From Eledone cirrhosa (lineage: Eukaryota): 64,000 bases of DNA. The stretch covers positions 240,684,001 to 240,748,000 of the forward strand of contig OZ024743.1 in assembly GCA_964016885.1 (NCBI GenBank), written 5' to 3'. Of the stretch, positions 58,165-64,000 are shown one piece after another. The notes beneath the pieces were generated by a model. It was not told the origin of the DNA and made no database searches. It saw only the letters and a program-made list of their open reading frames with translations. Numbering within the stretch: the first letter of the stretch is position 1; every line of letters begins with the position of its first letter. The position numbers and the translations under genes are program-made.

Positions 58165-59800
58165 TGACTAAAGGGATTATTTTCATAAATTTGTCCGAGC
58201 CCCTGATGAGAGACCAGTTTAGAAGAGGCCCCTCAGCCACACTGTGGTGCTTATAACTGGACCCCAAAACTTAAGTTCCGCATACAAGTTAAGTGTATGA
58301 AACTTTATTTATGCTAAATAAGCTACCGTGCAATAGAGGGTGCATTGTTTCCTTTAAATTTTTATCGATGGATATCCTGCATACACGTATTGCTAACGTG
58401 GATTTGTTTTGGCACCGTCTATCATACACGAGCTCTCTTCGGACGTAAGTATGATTTTCAACAGATCAACATTATGGACATACACAAGATAGACTACTAC
58501 TCCAAGAACATATCGACACCAACTAACCTTTATACTCCAAAATACTACTAGAGAAAGTGGAGAATGTAGTACGAAGTTTGAGATGAACGGATCTACAGTT
58601 TGACGGAGACATGGCCACTACCACCGCAGAAAGATTCCCTATCAGGCTAACCAAGTATCCACCTAGAGTTAAGGATTATGCAGATCTCGAGGTTGACCTC
58701 TTAGATTTAGTTACTAACATAAAAGTCTGTAAATACCATAATAGTTCCTTCCAAAACATGCTCAGAACAGTCATTAAGAAATCTAGATCGTCACAAAATA
58801 TTCTTGTTTTCTGACAAGTCTAAGAATCTATATGAGGTAAAGAGAGATAGATATGATCAACTTATGTTAAACAGTATAACAAATATCAGAAGACGCTTAC
58901 AATTCTATTAACAACGAGGCAAAATAAATAGCTAGAAGCTTTGAAATCGACAATAAACTAGAAAGGTTAGCTACGCGTGATGCTATTACGCTGAAGGATC
59001 ACAAATTGGATTTTACGAACAAGCCATCCTACAGACTCATAAACCCAGCCAAACCAGAATTAGGGCTAGCCAGTAAAACAATTTTAGGAGAAAACAACAC
59101 ACGTATCATAAACAAAACGATCCTGTTACTCTGGAACAATACATCAGTTATATACTGGTTCAAATATATCTTAAGATTAAAGCTACATTCGCCCAGTTTG
59201 ATATAATCGACTTTTATCCTTCTATTACTAAACCACTACTAGACAAGGCCTTAGACTTCACTCGTACCTTTGTGTCTATCCCTGACCAAGAGATTGACTT
59301 GATTTACCACACTCGAAGAACATTTCTATTCAACAACGGCACCGCTTGGGTAAACAATTTGACCCAGAAGATTCGACATCTCGATGGGATCATACGACAG
59401 CGCGGATATTTGTAATCATACTCCATACACTTAAACCACGTGAATTCCCCGACCATACTATAGGTATATATCACGATGTCGGTCTTTCTTTGGCACACGA
59501 CTGCAGCGGACACACTGTGGACAGGTTCCGTAAGGATTTGACAGACGCCTTTCGCACCCTAGATCACAGAAGATACGAACATCACTATCGCAGACTTTCT
59601 TGATGTCAACCTGAGCCTCCAGACAGGCACTCCTCAGCCCTATCATAAACCGAACAAGAGGGTAAAATCTACCAATAGAGGATCCTACCACTCGCCTACG
59701 GTTTTTAAAACCTAGTGCCCAATATTAGCTGTAGAATATCGAACTTGTTAACTAGCAGAGCAATATTTGAGAAGGCAGCGTCATATTACCACAAGGCTAA
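58165..59800 (+). mobile_element. Decayed Naiad-type Penelope-like element
   Basis: Across frameshifts: YSKNI, LLEKVENVVR, INNEAKIIA, ITLKDHKLDF.NKPSYRLINPAKPELG, QFDIIDFYPSI, FDISMGSYD, DFLDVNL. Hammerhead-like remnant at 58203-58278. Confidence 0.8.
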
Positions 59801-60049
59801 ATAAAATCACTTAACACGTCCATAATACTTTACGATTATTACTAAGCATGTGACCAATAAGCCAGTAGTATGACTATTCTGATTCTGAGGATGGAGTAGT
59901 AGACACATGGATTTCGGAACGCCACTATTCTAAACATAAAGCATAAAGAACTAATAAGGAAATGGGAAAAAGTCGATGATAAATATCATCAAACTGGAGC
60001 ACAGACATTTTCAATATAACATATTTGAAAGAAGAAAAGCTGTTCCCTA

Positions 60050-60108
<59 letters not shown>

Positions 60109-60678
60109 TGCCCCCTCGTTATCGAGTATGGCCATTGCACGAGACCCCCCCCCCCCAACCCCCCCATAATAATAACAATAATAATAATAATAATAACAAC
60201 TATAATAATAACGACAGCAACAACAATAATAATGTACATATATATATATATATATATACACACACACGCGCACACACATTAACACATCTACACATCTACA
60301 CACACGCGCACACACATAAACATATCTACACACACACACACACGATAGCAATTAACAGCGCTGCGATCGAATGTGGCTTTTTAGCCCAGCCAATGATCTA
60401 AAATGTCTTGCACAGAGTTGGCAACAAAAACATTCACTGGGAATATATATATATATATAACGAAGGAAATGTGGTAAGGAACCAGGTGGACCATAACGCA
60501 CCAAAGTACTCAATACTTAGGGTAGTAGAGTACTCGTTCCTATATATATATATATATATATACATATATACATACATATTTATATTTATATTTGTGTTTG
60601 TGTGTGTGTATGCGTGCATGTGTGTATGCATGTATGTGTGTATGTGTGTGTATATATGTAGGTGTGTGTGTGTGTGAC

Positions 60679-60768
<90 letters not shown>

Positions 60769-61159
60769 AGAGAGAGAGCGTGTGTAAGTCTAAGAACTAA
60801 TTAGGCGTTTATGAATATAGGAAAACAAAAATTACTGGAAGCATTTAGCGTAGGGTTGAAATATTTATTGAAAGTTATATTAAACTTTGTTATAGTGTTT
60901 TACTGTGATTCTACTTAATTTAGACTAATTCAGACTTTTGCTGGTAGGTCGACAGGTCATGTAGAGGATTCCTTGATGATGAGTTCTTGTTTCTGTTGTA
61001 GGTATGGTGGTTGTCTTCGTCATGTTGGTAATGTTTATTGTGATGATATTGGTGGATCTGGTACTGCTAAGTACCAGATTGTGGTTGTTGCGGTAATGTA
61101 TGGAGCGATGTCTTATAGTACATGTTACTGATAGTTGTTGTTGTGGTTACGTTGGTGGT

Positions 61160-61870
61160 GAACGTAGTGGTGTTAGTGGTGGTGGTGGGGAGGTCTTATG
61201 TTGGTGTTGGTTACGGTGGGGGTGAGTGTAGTGGTAGTGGCGGTGGTGGGGATGTCTTATGTTGGTGGTAAGTGTAGTGGTGTTAGTGGTGGGGATGTCT
61301 TATGTTGGTGGTAAGTGTAGTGGTGGTAGTGGTGGTGGTGATGGTGGTGGTGGGGAGATCTTATGTTGGTGGTGAGTGTAGTGGTGCTAGTGGTGGTGGT
61401 GATGGTGGGGAGGTCTTATGTTAGTGGTGAGTGTAGTGGTGGTGATGGTGGTGGTGGTGGGGAGGTCTTATGTTGGTGGTGAGTGTAGTGGTGCTAGTGG
61501 TGGTGGTGGTGATAGTGGTGGGGAGGTCTTATGTTGGTTTTGGTTACGGTGGTGTTGAGTGTAGTGGTAGTGGTGTTGGTGGTGGTGGTGGTGGAGAGGT
61601 CTTATGTTGGTGCTGGTTACGGTGGTGTTGAGTGTAGTGGTGGTGGTGGGGGTGGGGGTGGGGGTGGGGAGGTCTTATGTTGGTGGTGAGTGTAGTGGTG
61701 CTAGTGGTGGTGGTGGTGATGGTGGTGGGGAGGTCTTATGTTGGTTTTGGTTACGGTGGTGTTGAGTGTAGTGGTGGTGGTGGTGGTGGTGGTGGGGAGG
61801 TCTTATGTTGGTGCTGGTTACGGTGGTGTTGAGTGTAGTGGTGGTGGTGGGGGTGGTGGTAGTGAGTGTA
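61160..61870. repeat. (GGT)n-based variable minisatellite
   Basis: Recurrent ggggaggtcttatgttggt(gctggttacggt)ggtgagtgtagt cassette separated by variable (GGT)n. Confidence 0.85.
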
Positions 61871-62431
61871 ATTGCGGCTGTAGTAGTAATATCGAGGATG
61901 ATTATAATAATGGTGGCAAGGATGGTGTCGCTGTTGGGCGTAGTTAAGGTGCAATAATGGTGGTGATGGTGGTCGCGATGAGACTGGTGTTTAGTGTAAA
62001 TGTGATTATATGGGTAATGATGAAGGTGGTGCTGGCGTGGATGTTGATGCTGTTGAGTGCATTTGTTGTTGCGATGGTGGTGAGGGAGTGATAGTGGTGG
62101 CCGCAGTGATTATGATTATGATTACGATGATGATTTTTGTAGTACATATTACCGATAATGTGATGGCGCTGGCGTTAATGTTGGTCGCGCCGCCGCCGCC
62201 GCCGCCGCAGGTAGAGAGATTACTCCAAACTACAGCTGAATCATAGCAAAAGAAAATATTGATGAATCGATGCCAATTTTCGAAGAATATGTTGCGAAAA
62301 GTTTTCGCGATATTCAATAAGAAGAGAAAGAATTGTTTTAAATTCTCATCTCCTCCTATGTTCATTGACTTCCTCTTCACCATCATTATTCATATTCTTC
62401 CCAGTTTTCTATTGTTTACTTTGTTGTTGTT

Positions 62432-62462
<31 letters not shown>

Positions 62463-62504
62463 CTGCTGTTGTTTTTGTTGTTGTTGTTGTTGTTGTTATT
62501 GTTA

Positions 62505-64000
62505 TACCTTTTGTCACGCAGTATAGATAGAAAATGCACCTGAGTATTTTGTCATCTGTAAAGTCACAAGGACCCCAGGCAGATAATACTCTTCTTAAGA
62601 TGTGCGTACTGACTACTAGCAAGACTGATTTTTCTGACACCAATCTTGCAGTTCTTGCAGTTTTAAGAAGTCTTGAAGTTTCAATGAGCTTTACCCTAAT
62701 TACAACTGGTATCACTTTCACACAGTCTTGCAATCTCCACTTTTATATCGGAGTACTTGGTGACTTTTCAACCCCATAACGTGCAATATCCATGTCAATT
62801 GGTATGGCTACACCATTGATCTGAAGGTATTTGTCTTTTTTGTTCAATACGACATTATCCGGCCGACGATGCTCAATTACTCCAACAGTTTAAAAATCAC
62901 AATCTCAGAATATCGTCGCTTTCCCACCATCCTGCATTATTTTACAAGACACATGCTTATACTTCGTCTCTATTACTTCTTATTGGTATTTACGACATAA
63001 AAGCCAGTGAATGCATAAACAAACTTTATCATGGCGGCGCTTCTATTCCTTTTGCGCAAGGCTCTCACATCCACTTACCAAGTGGGTTACATTTTCTACA
63101 TTCTTTACATAGAGTCTTTATTTCTGGGTGTTAGAGTTTTATAGATATTATACTTCACCGAATTGGTAGCAAGAGCTTAGTTTGTGATGCAATCATAAGG
63201 CTTTCAGTGAAACGCTTGGTTAAGCAAATCACCTTGGTTAAGCCTTGTTCATGATGTTTTATCCTTGATATCTTGTGTATTTCTTTCAAACTGCCCGTAC
63301 ATTCTTATTTTCAGACCTTTTATCTTCTTTTCAACTCTTCTGCTAAACTCTTCCTTAGCAGCAATTTCCCCTGCCTTCATGCTTATATCTAATGTGCATA
63401 TAACAAAAGCTCTTCGCCATTGATTACCAAATATTTTCAAGCGTTCTCCTTTAACTCAATACAAATTAATCCATATTGATGAGACATCTACCACAATTCT
63501 TTCTTTTCATGTTCAATTTGAATATATTTACTTTAGGGTGTAAAGCTCCGTACAATGTCATTAACTTTCTCCTCTTTCTATCCAACTTTGCTGTTCATTC
63601 TTCTGTCCAACTGAGAATGGACACACTATATCAAAATACTGCAACTGCCCAGATATTCATTGCATTGATTAGATTTCTCGCATTCAGGTTGGATTTTAAA
63701 ACCATTTTTACTCCTTTTAAATGTCTCTTTAACTTTTTGTTGCATGCAAAATGTCATCCAATTCTAAAGTTCTCAAATATTTGTACCCACTATCTTTCGG
63801 TTCCCTTACGGTTTCTCCCGATGGCAGCCTTAATCCACAACTGGCTGCTTTTTCCCCTCTTTCAGTATTGAGCACAGAGTATTTGGAGATCCCAAATTCC
63901 ATACTGATATCACTGTTATATATCTGGGCTGTTTTAACCACAGAATCTATCTGGTTTTCGGATTACTCAAACAGTTTCAGGTTATCCATAAACAGAGGAG
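62505..64000 (-). mobile_element. R4/Dong-clade non-LTR retrotransposon, decayed (RT end, CCHC, RLE); runs off the window
   Basis: LFMDNLKL, MEFGISK, YKYL, ALHPK, MYGQF, ENVTHLVSGCESLAQKEY, RHDKV...IHW, HRRPD, VIPVVI; the 3' end runs into (AAC/AAT)n. Confidence 0.85.

Overview
Eukaryotic, AT-rich DNA saturated with microsatellites. The SINE repertoire and repeat landscape suggest a coleoid cephalopod such as Octopus (inference). No host protein-coding gene can be supported; most ORF-track entries are translations of (TA)n, (CA)n, (AG)n or (ATC)n repeats. The window is mainly retroelement remains: a near-complete Neptune-type Penelope-like element (PLE) with an upstream ORF and an RT-GIY-YIG frame (53385-58008, minus), two 5'-truncated Nematis-type PLEs, a rearranged Neptune, a decayed Naiad-type PLE, RTE, R4/Dong, CRE and Tx1/L1 LINE fragments, many tRNA-derived SINEs, a Tc1/mariner-type MITE and several minisatellites. 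The most interesting layer is non-coding. At least seven unrelated short families sit inside (TA)n tracts, each carrying a complete, partial or decayed type I hammerhead ribozyme (HHR). Two have non-canonical cores (UUGAAAA; CUGA[A/U]UGA). Many show a fold-back layout with two outward-facing 3' ends, and most carry a GAGTGCT-like motif shortly before the (TA)n junction. The Neptune ORF1/RT junction also looks like a +1 'shifty stop' (UUU-UGA). All clade assignments are by motif recognition, not database search.
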